Shown here piece after piece: positions 9,335 to 18,799 of a stretch of 25,952 bases of DNA. This DNA is from an uncultured delta proteobacterium. GTDB taxonomy: Bacteria > Desulfobacterota > RBG-13-43-22. Position 1 is the stretch's first letter; every line of letters begins with the position of its first letter. Where the stretch lies: contig CAWDKY010000043.1 in NCBI GenBank assembly GCA_963802945.1, positions 1 through 25,952 on the forward strand, read 5' to 3'. A model generated the notes under the pieces. That model was not told the DNA's origin, made no database searches, and saw nothing but the letters and a program-made list of their open reading frames with translations. The translations under genes were made by a program, and so were the position numbers.

Positions 9335-9431
9335 ATAACCTTCATCTTTGTTTTTAATCGATTCCCTTTATTCTTCTATAACAAATTTTAATCATTAAAG
9401 ATTTCATTTTTTCACTCCCAAGATAAGGCAT

Positions 9432-9447
9432 TGGTCCTATTTTTGCT
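9432..9447 (+). promoter_or_regulatory. Sigma54 promoter TGGTCCTATTTTTGCT
   Basis: GG-N10-GC with TTGCT; upstream of the cytochrome c RBS. Confidence 0.75.
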
Positions 9448-9488
9448 AAATGTTTTTCATATATCCTAATAAAAAGGAGGACAAAACT

Positions 9489-9908
9489 ATGCATAAGAGC
9501 TGGCAGGTCATTCTAGGTTTAATGATTCTGGCTTTTGGGGTGGTAACGGCCTTGGCCTATACCACCGAGCAGGCATTAAATGGAAAGGCGCTTTATGGGA
9601 AATATTGTGCCGTCTGCCATGGGGCCAATGGCGAGGGTGGCACGGTTCCCACAAAATTCGGCAAATATGCTGGGATAAAGGCCTCTCCGGTAGCCGGCTC
9701 TGGATATCTGCCGAAAATGAAGACAGCCGGTCAGGCCTATGATTTTGCAAAGAAAAATATGCCCATGGATAAACCCGATAGTTTAAAGGCCAAGGAATAT
9801 CTGGATATAATCTCCTTTGCCCTACAGGCTAATAACGTTAAGGCTGACGGCAAGTCCCTTTCTCCGGCTTCGGCTAAGAAGATAAAACTGGCCGATGGGG
9901 AATCGTAA
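9489..9908 (+). CDS. Periplasmic monoheme class I cytochrome c
   Basis: AAGGAGG RBS before ATG 9489; Sec signal peptide; G.ALY..YCAVCHG heme motif; NMP distal Met. Confidence 0.92.
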   Translation: MHKSWQVILGLMILAFGVVTALAYTTEQALNGKALYGKYCAVCHGANGEGGTVPTKFGKYAGIKASPVAGSGYLPKMKTAGQAYDFAKKNMPMDKPDSLKAKEYLDIISFALQANNVKADGKSLSPASAKKIKLADGES

Positions 9909-10118
9909 TCCCCTGTAATTGGTATGATCAAGGAGTTCATTCAAGTTGGGGCGGAATACTCTCTCTGCTCGGAGGTAGTTCTTCAGTTTGGTAAGTCATA
10001 AAAAGATGCACTACCATAGGAGAACCCCTATTCTGTGAGAAATGGGATTCTCTGAAACACACCAAGGATTCTTTTGAAAAAAAATAACTCTGATGGTGGA
10101 GGATACGTGGAGGATACA

Positions 10119-10292
10119 ATGATAATAATTATTTTAAATATTATTCTGGTTCTATTCGGAATAACCGCATTGGTAAGTACGTTATCAGTGGAACCGATGA
10201 AGGGCAAAATGAGGGGTAAAATATTAGGCACCAAGTTTGTATTTGATTTAAAAATAGCCGAAAGGAAGACCTGGGAAGACCCTATTTCCTAA
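10119..10292 (+). CDS. Small single-TM hypothetical protein
   Basis: Duplicated GTGGAGGATAC RBS directly before ATG 10119; hydrophobic N-terminal helix. Confidence 0.45.
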   Translation: MIIIILNIILVLFGITALVSTLSVEPMKGKMRGKILGTKFVFDLKIAERKTWEDPIS

Positions 10293-10376
10293 CTTCCGAA
10301 ATTAAATTATTAGTGCCCTGGCGAAACTTTTTGCGATCGTTACAATATTCATCATTTTTAAGGAAAGGAGAGGCCC

Positions 10377-11429
10377 ATGAAAATATTTCAAGGAAAGAAA
10401 CATGGCAGGGTCTATCTAAAAAATTTAGTTTTTTTCGTACTAGAAATTTTCGCCGTTTATCTGTTTCTCATGCGGGTAGCGGCAATGAGTCAGGCCCAGA
10501 CAGTGCAATCGGGGCCTCCGCCAATAGAGCCCACAATTGTCCGTGAGGGTGATTTTGCAGTCCGGCTGTTGTTTGAATTGGGATTGGGAACAGCCCAAGA
10601 GGAGATAGAGGCCGAGACGCAATTAGGTAAAATCGGCATTGTGCCGCGAAATGGCTGGATTGCCGATTACCCTGTAACTCCGGACATCTTCGCTGAAATA
10701 CAAAAAGCCGTCGGTGATGCGGCGAATTCTCAAAAATTATCTATGGGCCGGGAAGAGGCCTTAAGGCGATTGAATAACGCCAACATTGAGCTCGGCCTAT
10801 CCGTAACACCCTATACCGCCCAAAAAGATTATCAAGCCGGATCGTCGGATTCAGGCAGTTACCTCAAGCCCACAGAGATAAACAACTATTATTACACCCA
10901 AGGTCCCCCGGTAGTGACCTACTATAGCCCACCGCCGGATTATTATTACCTATATGCCTGGGTGCCATTTCCTTTCTGGTATTCAAGTTTCTGGTTCCCA
11001 GGATTCTTCGTCCTCCATGATTTCCATAAAACCGTATTCATCCACAACAGAGTGGGATTTATCTCCAATCATTTCAATGACGTTAATTTCCATCGGGTCT
11101 TCCGGATCGATCCATTAACCAGGTTTTCGGGAAGAACCTTTGCCGGCATAGGAGCACCCCGGTCAGGGAATTTTATGTCCACCGGTGTCCCGAGAAGTGA
11201 AATGAGGATATTTCATGGACCACGTGAACATTGGGTCCCAGGCAGCGGAATGATCAGCCCGCCCAATCGTCCCAGGGGAATGATAAGGCCACCTTCCCAA
11301 GGGAACCTCACCGGCCCGCCATCCCGACCCGGAAGACCGGCAGGCCCATCGGCTACCCACTCTGGTGGAAGAGGTGGACCACCTTCCGGCGGGAGGCAAA
11401 ATTTTCCCGGGAGGGACCGGGGAAGATAA
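10377..11429 (+). CDS. Exported or membrane-anchored hypothetical protein with an aromatic-rich core and Pro/Gly/Arg-rich tail
   Basis: AAGGAGAG RBS; N-terminal hydrophobic segment; NGWIADYPVTPDI; YYSPPPDYYYLYAWVPFPFW; low-complexity C-terminus. Confidence 0.8.
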   Translation: MKIFQGKKHGRVYLKNLVFFVLEIFAVYLFLMRVAAMSQAQTVQSGPPPIEPTIVREGDFAVRLLFELGLGTAQEEIEAETQLGKIGIVPRNGWIADYPVTPDIFAEIQKAVGDAANSQKLSMGREEALRRLNNANIELGLSVTPYTAQKDYQAGSSDSGSYLKPTEINNYYYTQGPPVVTYYSPPPDYYYLYAWVPFPFWYSSFWFPGFFVLHDFHKTVFIHNRVGFISNHFNDVNFHRVFRIDPLTRFSGRTFAGIGAPRSGNFMSTGVPRSEMRIFHGPREHWVPGSGMISPPNRPRGMIRPPSQGNLTGPPSRPGRPAGPSATHSGGRGGPPSGGRQNFPGRDRGR

Positions 11430-11643
11430 AGAACGATTCGGATCAAAGTTCAACATTGGCCCGGAAAAGAAGTGGTCTCCAAAAATTGGCCAATGAGATA
11501 ATCTCTAAGTTAGTCCAGAGAAAGGAGGGGGCTATGGCCAAAAAAGAAGTGAAGATAACTTAAGTTAAAGGCCGGGGCAGTCTAATGCGGTGTTTTGCTC
11601 CAGTTGAGTAAAACTGTAATTTGATTCGACCCAAGGAGGGACT

Positions 11644-12804
11644 ATGAAGATCGATAGAAGAGATTTTTTAAAACTTATGGGTTTTGGCGGAGTTGTATTT
11701 GCTTCCGGTCTGGGCAGTTTAAGCAATCAGGCACAGGCAGTATCCGGGGAGAGAGATTTCTTCTTTGTCCAATTATCCGATACCCACTGGGGCTTCAAGA
11801 ATCCGGCCATTAACCCGTATGCGGCCGATACTTTGAAAAAGACTATTGCCATAATCAATGAATTGAATCCGCAGCCGGATTTCATCGTATTTACCGGCGA
11901 TTTGACCCAGACCACGGATGACGTCCAAGAAAGAAGAAAAAGGTTGACGGAATTTCGTGATCTGCCCCGTGGCTTCAAAACAAAAAATATCAAATTCCTG
12001 CCGGGAGAACACGATGCCGCCCTCGATAACGGTGCGGCCTTTCAAGAGGTTTTTGGGAAAAGCTATTATTCCTTCGAGCATAAAGGCATTCATTTCATCG
12101 CCATCGATAATGTTTCGGATCCAACTTCCAGCATCGGTGAAAAGCAGCTGCAGTGGCTCGAAAAGGAATTGCAGCAACTGGGTAAAGAAGAGAGAATCGT
12201 GGTTCTGACGCACCGGCCGTTTTTCTCCTTATATCCGCAATGGGATTGGTGGACACGGGACGGGGACAAGGCTTTGGATTTGCTTAAGCCTTATAAAAAT
12301 ATGATGATCTTATACGGCCATATTCATCAGGAAAATCATCATAAGGACGGGCAGATTGCCGAGCATGCGGCCATGGGCATGATGTATCCGTTGCCTGCTC
12401 CCGGTTCGGTGCCGAAGAAAGAACCATTAGCCTGGGATCCGGCTGTACCTTACAAAGGCCTGGGATATCGTTTGGTGGCGGTCAAGAAAACCGGATACAC
12501 CTTGACCGAATATCCGGTGAATCTCAAGGAACAGGTCATTACCATTATGGCTAAAAAATTCGAATATTCACCGGCGGAAATCAGGATCAAAAAAGGCGTT
12601 CCGGTCATCCTGGAACTGACTTCGCTGGATAGGTTGCACGGATTCAATTGCCCGGAGTTAGGCCTGCGCACAGATATCTATCCCGGCAAAATATCCAGGC
12701 TGGAAATTCTGGCCCAAAAAACAGGGACCTTCGAATTCTTTTGTGATGTTTTCTGCGGAGAAGGTCATGAGACGATGACCGGAAAAATTATTATGGAGGA
12801 TTGA
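11644..12804 (+). CDS. Tat-exported calcineurin-like metallophosphoesterase fused to a CuA cupredoxin (COX II/NosZ-like) domain
   Basis: DRRDFLK Tat motif; DTH, GDL, GEHD, THRP, GHIH; C-terminal HGF...CDVFCGEGHETM. Confidence 0.9.
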   Translation: MKIDRRDFLKLMGFGGVVFASGLGSLSNQAQAVSGERDFFFVQLSDTHWGFKNPAINPYAADTLKKTIAIINELNPQPDFIVFTGDLTQTTDDVQERRKRLTEFRDLPRGFKTKNIKFLPGEHDAALDNGAAFQEVFGKSYYSFEHKGIHFIAIDNVSDPTSSIGEKQLQWLEKELQQLGKEERIVVLTHRPFFSLYPQWDWWTRDGDKALDLLKPYKNMMILYGHIHQENHHKDGQIAEHAAMGMMYPLPAPGSVPKKEPLAWDPAVPYKGLGYRLVAVKKTGYTLTEYPVNLKEQVITIMAKKFEYSPAEIRIKKGVPVILELTSLDRLHGFNCPELGLRTDIYPGKISRLEILAQKTGTFEFFCDVFCGEGHETMTGKIIMED

Positions 12805-12938
12805 CCTATTGGAAAGCAATGATAAAGAAACAGGCTTTAGCATTTTGGTTATTATAACAAAAATCATTGATAAGTGAAACTGTTCTCCCCTTTTCACTAT
12901 TCAGGCTCCTTATCTTTCAAGGCCCTAATAATTAAAAT

Positions 12939-12997
12939 TGTTCCCTTTCAAAAGACAATGTCTTAATAAATAAGACAATGTCTTGTTTAAAAAGACA
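12939..12997. promoter_or_regulatory. Regulon enhancer copy 3 (best consensus): TGTTCC-N7-AAGACA-A-TGTCTT-N7-AAGACA-A-TGTCTT-N7-AAGACA
   Basis: Three boxes at an exact 20-bp period, two of them with perfect inverted half-sites. Confidence 0.85.
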
Positions 12998-13079
12998 TAT
13001 TACATTCCCAGGATTGCCTGTTTTATCTTCAATTAATTAGATTTGTTGCAAGTTTTTATTTTTCGCCCCATTTAAGCTT

Positions 13080-13095
13080 TGGCAAGCTTCTTGTA
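13080..13095 (+). promoter_or_regulatory. Sigma54 promoter TGGCAAGCTTCTTGTA
   Basis: TGGCA...TTGTA with GG-N10-GT spacing. Confidence 0.7.
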
Positions 13096-13213
13096 AGGTT
13101 TTCAAACAAAGGTCCAAATACTTTCCTGATTATTACCTTATTTAGGCATGGGGGGAAGGGCATCAAAATGGGGCATCAGCAAAAAGATGTCGGCTGAATA
13201 GGAAGGAGTACCC

Positions 13214-13534
13214 ATGAATGGAAATAATAATTTTATAGATAAATGGCTCTCTGCGAATATTAAAGAAATCATCGATTGTCCCCACCAGCCTGGGAACTTG
13301 AAGATCTCCAAACAAGCCTGTCTAAAGCGCCTTCAGGCCTCCGATGTAGTGAGGTTTGAAAAAAAGGCTCAAGATGATCTTTTCATATTTGGCGTTAAGC
13401 AGGGGCTTTTAAAATGTAAAGACTGTTCAGTGGTAAACAAGTCCCTGAAACAGTCTTTGGAAGCCACGTTCGAGCCATTAGGCAATAGTGAGGTCCGAAT
13501 GAGTTTCATAAGACTAAAAACGAATTCTTATTAA
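13214..13534 (+). CDS. Hypothetical 4-Cys protein (CPH...C...CKDC), possibly metal or Fe-S binding
   Basis: AAGGAG RBS; four Cys; sits between a sigma54 promoter and a ferredoxin gene. Confidence 0.7.
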   Translation: MNGNNNFIDKWLSANIKEIIDCPHQPGNLKISKQACLKRLQASDVVRFEKKAQDDLFIFGVKQGLLKCKDCSVVNKSLKQSLEATFEPLGNSEVRMSFIRLKTNSY

Positions 13535-13558
13535 TGATCCGAAGATAAGGAGTTTCTG

Positions 13559-13747
13559 ATGAAGGTGGTAATTAATGAAGAGGAATGTATCGGCTGCGGA
13601 TCTTGTTCTGAAGTCTGTCCTGAAGTATTTCAAATGAATCAGGAGAAAGAAAAATCCGAGGTAATTCTCGCTGAAGGGGGACCGACGGATTGTATCAATG
13701 AAGCCATAGAGACCTGCCCGGTGTCCTGTATCCAATGGGAGGAATAA
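13559..13747 (+). CDS. fdx: Monocluster [4Fe-4S]/[3Fe-4S] ferredoxin
   Basis: CIGCGSCSEVCP...AIETCPVSCI; 62 aa, acidic; AAGGAG RBS. Confidence 0.95.
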   Translation: MKVVINEEECIGCGSCSEVCPEVFQMNQEKEKSEVILAEGGPTDCINEAIETCPVSCIQWEE

Positions 13748-13838
13748 ACATGGGGAGAGGTCAACATCCATAATCATCTTAAAAATCTTTTCTTTTAGTT
13801 AGTTATTTCTTTAATTTTAAAAATACATCATCCGTTGC

Positions 13839-13867
13839 TTTACAATTTTTAGGGTCTATTATAAAAT
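13839..13867 (+). promoter_or_regulatory. Sigma70-type promoter TTTACA-17-TAAAAT for the hybrid kinase and bEBP operon
   Basis: Near-consensus hexamers with a 17-bp spacer. Confidence 0.5.
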
Positions 13868-13888
13868 ACTTACCAAAAGAAAGAACCT

Positions 13889-16800
13889 TTGCCGATGACC
13901 TCAAAACACGCAGGAAAGACCAAAGCAAAATCAGGTAGCACCATGAAAAAAGCCAAGCCCCATGTCAAACCTGAAGTTGTAAAGAAGAAGTTACAGGCGC
14001 ACATTGGGGAGGCCGAGGAGAATCTTCGGCCGGTTCACAAAAATGAAATCACTGCCCGGATTGAAAAAAGATCCCAAGGAAAACGAGTTTTCACCCTTGA
14101 GAGCACCGAGCATCCCTACCGCGTCTTTTGCGAGACCATAAAAGAATGTACGGCGATCATTACCAAGGACGGAACGATCCTCCACTGCAACAGGCGTCTG
14201 GCCGAATTGCTCTCCACATCCATCGACAAAATCATAAAGACATCCTTCTATAATCTCATCGTGCCTGAGGACAGACCGACGTTTAAAACTAAAATCCAGG
14301 AAACCGCCTCCAAGGGGTTCCAGGGAGAATTCCTTCTCAAAACATCGGGAAAAAGAACCATCCCTGTCCTACTCTCGACCAGTCCTGTTATTATCGACAT
14401 GGATAATTTTTGTGTAGTGATCACCGACTTAAGTGAGCAAAAACGGGTCCAAAAGGCGTTGGAAGCCGAGATCCTCGTCCGCAAGGAGACGGAAAAAGCA
14501 CTGGGACGATTCAATGGGGCCTTAGAACAGCGCGTGAAAGAACGAACGGCTGAGCTGCAGAGCCTGAACAAACAGTTGCAGGTTGAACTAGTCGAACGCA
14601 AGCGGGTGGAAGAGGAAACCCAGGGACTATTGAGGGTTATTCAACAGGAGAAAGACAGACTGTCGGTATTAGTAAACAGCATGAACGATGAGGTCTGGTT
14701 TGCCGACACACAGAAGAGATTCACGCTGGCAAACCCATCGGCACTCAAGGAGTTCGGCCTTGGCGCTGTTGATAGGATAGATGTGGAAAAATTGGCCGAG
14801 AGCCTGGATGTATACCTCTCTGACGGCAGCCCCCGCCCGGTCGAGGAAGCCCCGCCATTGCGGGCGCTTAAAGGGGAAGTAGTGATGGGCCAGGAAGAAA
14901 TAGTCCGAACCCCCAAAACCGGAGAGTTGCGCTACCGCGAAGTTAGTGCCTCCCCGGTGAGGGATGCCGGTGGTGCCATCATTGGGTCAGTATCGGTCGT
15001 GCGTGACATCACCGAACGCAAGCAAATGGAGGAAAGGTTGGCCCGTCTGGCTTCTTTCCCCGAGCTCAACCCGAATCCCATCGTTGAGTCCGACCTAAGC
15101 GGCCATATTCAATATCTCAATCCGTCGGCTCAGGATCTTTTCCCTGATCTGCAGACCGTGGGATCGTTGCATCCCTGGTTATCCGACGTGGAATCTTTGG
15201 TGGATAGGTGCTTGAAGGGAGGGAACCCTCTTCATCGGGAGGTGAAAATCGGGGAATCCTGGTATCAACAAACCATCAATTATGCTAAAAAATACCAACG
15301 GCTTCGTTTTTATGGAACCGATATCACTGAACGTAAACAGGCTGAAGAGAGGCTTCTACAGGCCTACAAAGGACTTGAACAACGGATAGAGGAGCGGACG
15401 GTCGAGCTTAAGGAACAGGCCGATCTACTGGATCTGGCCCACGACGCCATTATTGTCAGAGACCTCAACGGGAAGATCAATTTCTGGAATTTCGGCGCCG
15501 AAGCCACATACGGGTGGAAGCGTGAGGAGGCCATTGGTAAAATTATGCACAAACTCCTCCACACAAGGTTCTCTATACCGCTCGACATAATCGTAGATAT
15601 CGCCTCCCATGAAGGCTTCTGGGAAGGTGACCTAATTCATACCTGCAAAAATGGTAAACAGATCGTTGTGCATAGCCGCTGGGCAATGCGGCTAGGGAAA
15701 ACCACTGAATCCCAAGAAATATTGGAGATCACCCACGATATAACCTCTCGTAAACAGGCGGAGGAATCCCTCCGCCAAGCCGGGGCCTACAACAGAAGTC
15801 TCATAGAAGCCAGTCTCGATCCCTTGGTGACCATCGATCCCGAGGGCATGATCAGTGATGTAAATACGGCTACAGAACTCGTCACCGGCTACTCCCGAGA
15901 GCACCTTTTCGGGACAGACTTTTCGAATTATTTTTCCGACCCCCAAAAAGCAAGGGCCGGCTATAAACAGGTATTTAAAAAAGGGTTTGTTCGCGATTAT
16001 GCCCTCGAAATCCGACATAAGGACGGTCACCTCACTCCGGTCTTATACAATGCTTCGGTCTTTAAAGATGAAACAGGGAAAGTCATCGGTGTTTTCGCCG
16101 CAGCCAGGGATATCGCAGAAAAAAATAAGCTGGAGAAACAGCTACGCCATTCTCAGACGATGGAGATTATCGGCACCTTAGCCGGTGGAATTGCCCACGA
16201 CTTCAACAATATCATAGCCGGGATCATCGGGTTGGGCGAAATGGTCATCGAAGATCTTCCCAAGGGGGACCCCAACTACCGGAAACTGGAACTGATCCTT
16301 AAAGGGGCCTTCCGGGGCCGGGATGTCATCAAGCAGATTCTCGCTTTTAGCCGCCAGAGCGAGCAAGAGAAAAAGCCCATTTCGATGGGCCTTATTTTAA
16401 GTGAAGCCATGCCGTTTATCAGGGCTTCAATACCTTCCACCATTGAAATCCGCCAAAATATTTTCACCAAATCAGACCTTATTCAGGGCGATAAGACACA
16501 AATTCATCAGATTATCCTAAATCTCTGTACCAATGCAGCTCATGCCATGCGGGATCAAGGCGGGATTTTAGAAATAAGTCTCAAAGATGCCCACTTTGAG
16601 GCCAAAGATCCTGATTTACCCCTTGAGCTAAAACCCGGATCTTATTTGAGCCTGACCGTAAGCGACACGGGTTGCGGAATCGAACCGGAAATCATAGAAA
16701 GGATCTTCGATCCCTTCTATACCACCAAGTTGACGGGGGAAGGAACCGGCCTGGGGCTTTCCGTGGTGCACGGTATTGTCAAGAGCCATAATGGCACCAT

Positions 16801-17306
16801 TAAAGTTTACAGCCAACCCGGGCAGGGCTCCGCCTTTCATATCTTCATTCCCAAGATGGCGTCCGAGTCTTCTGAGGAAGCAGAAGAGATTTCCGATTCT
16901 CCAGGGGGGCATGAGCATATCCTCGTTGTGGATGATGAAGAAATTCTGGTTGAAATGAGCACGCAACGATTAGAGCGTCTGGGTTATAGGGCGACAGGCA
17001 AACTCAGCAGCCATGAGGCCCTGGAGGCCTTTCGAAACGGAACCCGATAAATTTAATCTTGTGGTGACTGATTATACCATGCCCAATATGACCGGGCTTG
17101 AGCTGGCCAGAGAAATGCTCCGGATAAGGCCTGACCTCCCTATCGTCATATGTTCCGGATTAAACGAGCCGGTCCCCATGGAAAAGGTTAAAGCGGTCGG
17201 CGTGAAAGAGTTTTATGTCAAACCTATTGATAAAGATGATTTTGCCGTCCTTATCCGCCGGGTGTTGGATCGAGCCAAAGACCAAAATCAAAAGGAGAGC
17301 CGATGA
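13889..17306 (+). CDS. Cytoplasmic multi-PAS hybrid histidine kinase (5 PAS-HisKA-HATPase-REC); REC split by a 1-nt frameshift at ~17035
   Basis: Repeated PAS/PAC ends (TDLSEQK, RDITERK, TDITERK, HDITSRK, RDIAEK); LAGGIAHDFNN; NLCTNAAHAM; GTGLGL; REC starts at ILVVDDE and continues in another frame as TEPDKFNLVVTDYTMP...VKP. Exact start uncertain. Confidence 0.9.
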
Positions 17307-18706
17307 TGGCCCAAGTTCTTATCATTGACGACGATGAGATTTTCTCCGAGATGCTTTCCAATATGGTAGAACGGCTGGGTCATAAGGCCGCCAGGGTGTT
17401 TAACCTTAAAGACGGTTTGGAAACGACCTCATCCGGGGCGTTCGATGTGGTCTTCCTGGATATAAAGCTGCCTGATGGAAACGGCCTGGACATCTTACCC
17501 AAGATTCGGGAATCGGCCTCCTCGCCGGAAATAATCATCATCACCGGATTTGGGAATTTAGATGGGGCTGAACTGGCGATTAAAAACGGCGCCTGGGATT
17601 ACATTCAAAAAGCTTCTTCATTAAAAGAAATGCAGCTTCCCTTGCTTCGAGCGCTGGAGTACAGGGCAGAGAAAACCTCCAAGCAATCCCAGGTAAATTT
17701 AGCGCTGGAAGGGATAATAGGAAACAGCCCACAGATGAGAGCCAGTCAAAACCTTATCGCCCAGGCGGCCCATAACGAAAGCAATGTCCTTATCAGCGGT
17801 GAAACCGGTACGGGTAAGGAGCTTTTTGCCTTGGCCATTCACAACAACAGCCGGCGGTCCGATAAAAGTTTTGTCGTCGTGGACTGCGCTTCCCTGCCCC
17901 AGACCCTGGTCGAGAGCATACTCTTCGGCCATGAAAAAGGGGCCTTTACCGGAGCCGATAAACCAAGAGAGGGTCTTATCAAACAGGCCAATGGGGGCGC
18001 CCTTTTTTTGGACGAGGTGGGGGAGCTTCCTATGGCTCTCCAGAAAAATTTCCTTCGGGTCTTGCAGGAACATCGTTTTCGTCCGGTAGGCGGTGAACGG
18101 GAGATCGAAAGCGACTTCAGGTTGATATCAGCCACCAATAAGGACCTTAACCGAATGGTGGAACACGGGCAATTTCGCGAGGACCTCTTGTTTCGTATCT
18201 GCACCTTGACCATAGATTTGCCCCCTTTGAGGGAGCGTACCGAAGATATTATGGAATTATTGAGTTACTATATGACCAAGCTCTGTGAACGGTATGGTAT
18301 TGGAATAAAAGGATACTCCAAGGAATACCAGGAAGCCTTCATGTCCTATCCCTGGCCCGGGAACGTTAGAGAACTGGTTAACGCCATAGAAAGATCCATT
18401 TCGGCGGCCATTGATCAACCAACCCTTTTCCCCAAACATCTCCCGTCTGAAATACGTATTCGGCTGAAGAAATTGGAAATGAATCAGAAATCAGAACCGC
18501 AGCCGATCAAGAAGGAAATCCCATCAAAGCCTTTATCCCTGGGGACACTCAAAGATTTCAGAGAAACCGCTGTTGCCGAAGCGGAAAAGCAGTACCTTAA
18601 AAACTTAATCGATATGACCAATCACAATATTAAAGAAGCCTGCCAGATATCCGGCCTTTCACGCCCCAGGTTATATGCCCTTTTAAAAAAGTTCTCTTTA
18701 ACCTAA
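17303..18706 (+). CDS. Sigma54-dependent response regulator (REC-AAA+-HTH, NtrC family)
   Basis: IIDDD, FLDIKLP; GETGTGKE; intact GAFTGA; FLDEVGE; WPGNVREL; HTH ACQISGLSRPRLYALLKK; ATGA overlap with the kinase REC frame. Confidence 0.95.
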   Translation: MMAQVLIIDDDEIFSEMLSNMVERLGHKAARVFNLKDGLETTSSGAFDVVFLDIKLPDGNGLDILPKIRESASSPEIIIITGFGNLDGAELAIKNGAWDYIQKASSLKEMQLPLLRALEYRAEKTSKQSQVNLALEGIIGNSPQMRASQNLIAQAAHNESNVLISGETGTGKELFALAIHNNSRRSDKSFVVVDCASLPQTLVESILFGHEKGAFTGADKPREGLIKQANGGALFLDEVGELPMALQKNFLRVLQEHRFRPVGGEREIESDFRLISATNKDLNRMVEHGQFREDLLFRICTLTIDLPPLRERTEDIMELLSYYMTKLCERYGIGIKGYSKEYQEAFMSYPWPGNVRELVNAIERSISAAIDQPTLFPKHLPSEIRIRLKKLEMNQKSEPQPIKKEIPSKPLSLGTLKDFRETAVAEAEKQYLKNLIDMTNHNIKEACQISGLSRPRLYALLKKFSLT

Positions 18707-18738
18707 GAACGATTAGAAACTGCCTTCTGCCGGTTTTT

Positions 18739-18799
18739 CGTATTATCCAACAAGACATCATCTTTTCCAATGATATGTTTTGTCTTGCGGAAAGAGAAA
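18739..18799. promoter_or_regulatory. Regulon enhancer copy 4 (CGTATT-N7-AAGACA-T-CATCTT-N7-GATATG-TTT-TGTCTT-N7-GAGAAA)
   Basis: Homologous to copies 2 and 5; ends 98 bp before the GG at 18897. Confidence 0.75.

Noticed and set aside
12939-12997. Tandem AAGACAATGTCTT repeats as a mini-CRISPR
   Set aside because: The period is only 20 bp with 7-nt spacers and there are no cas genes; bEBP binding boxes explain it better.
17025-17050. Programmed ribosomal frameshift in the kinase
   Set aside because: A +1 shift would be needed and no recognised slippery site or stimulator is present; an indel is the simpler explanation.
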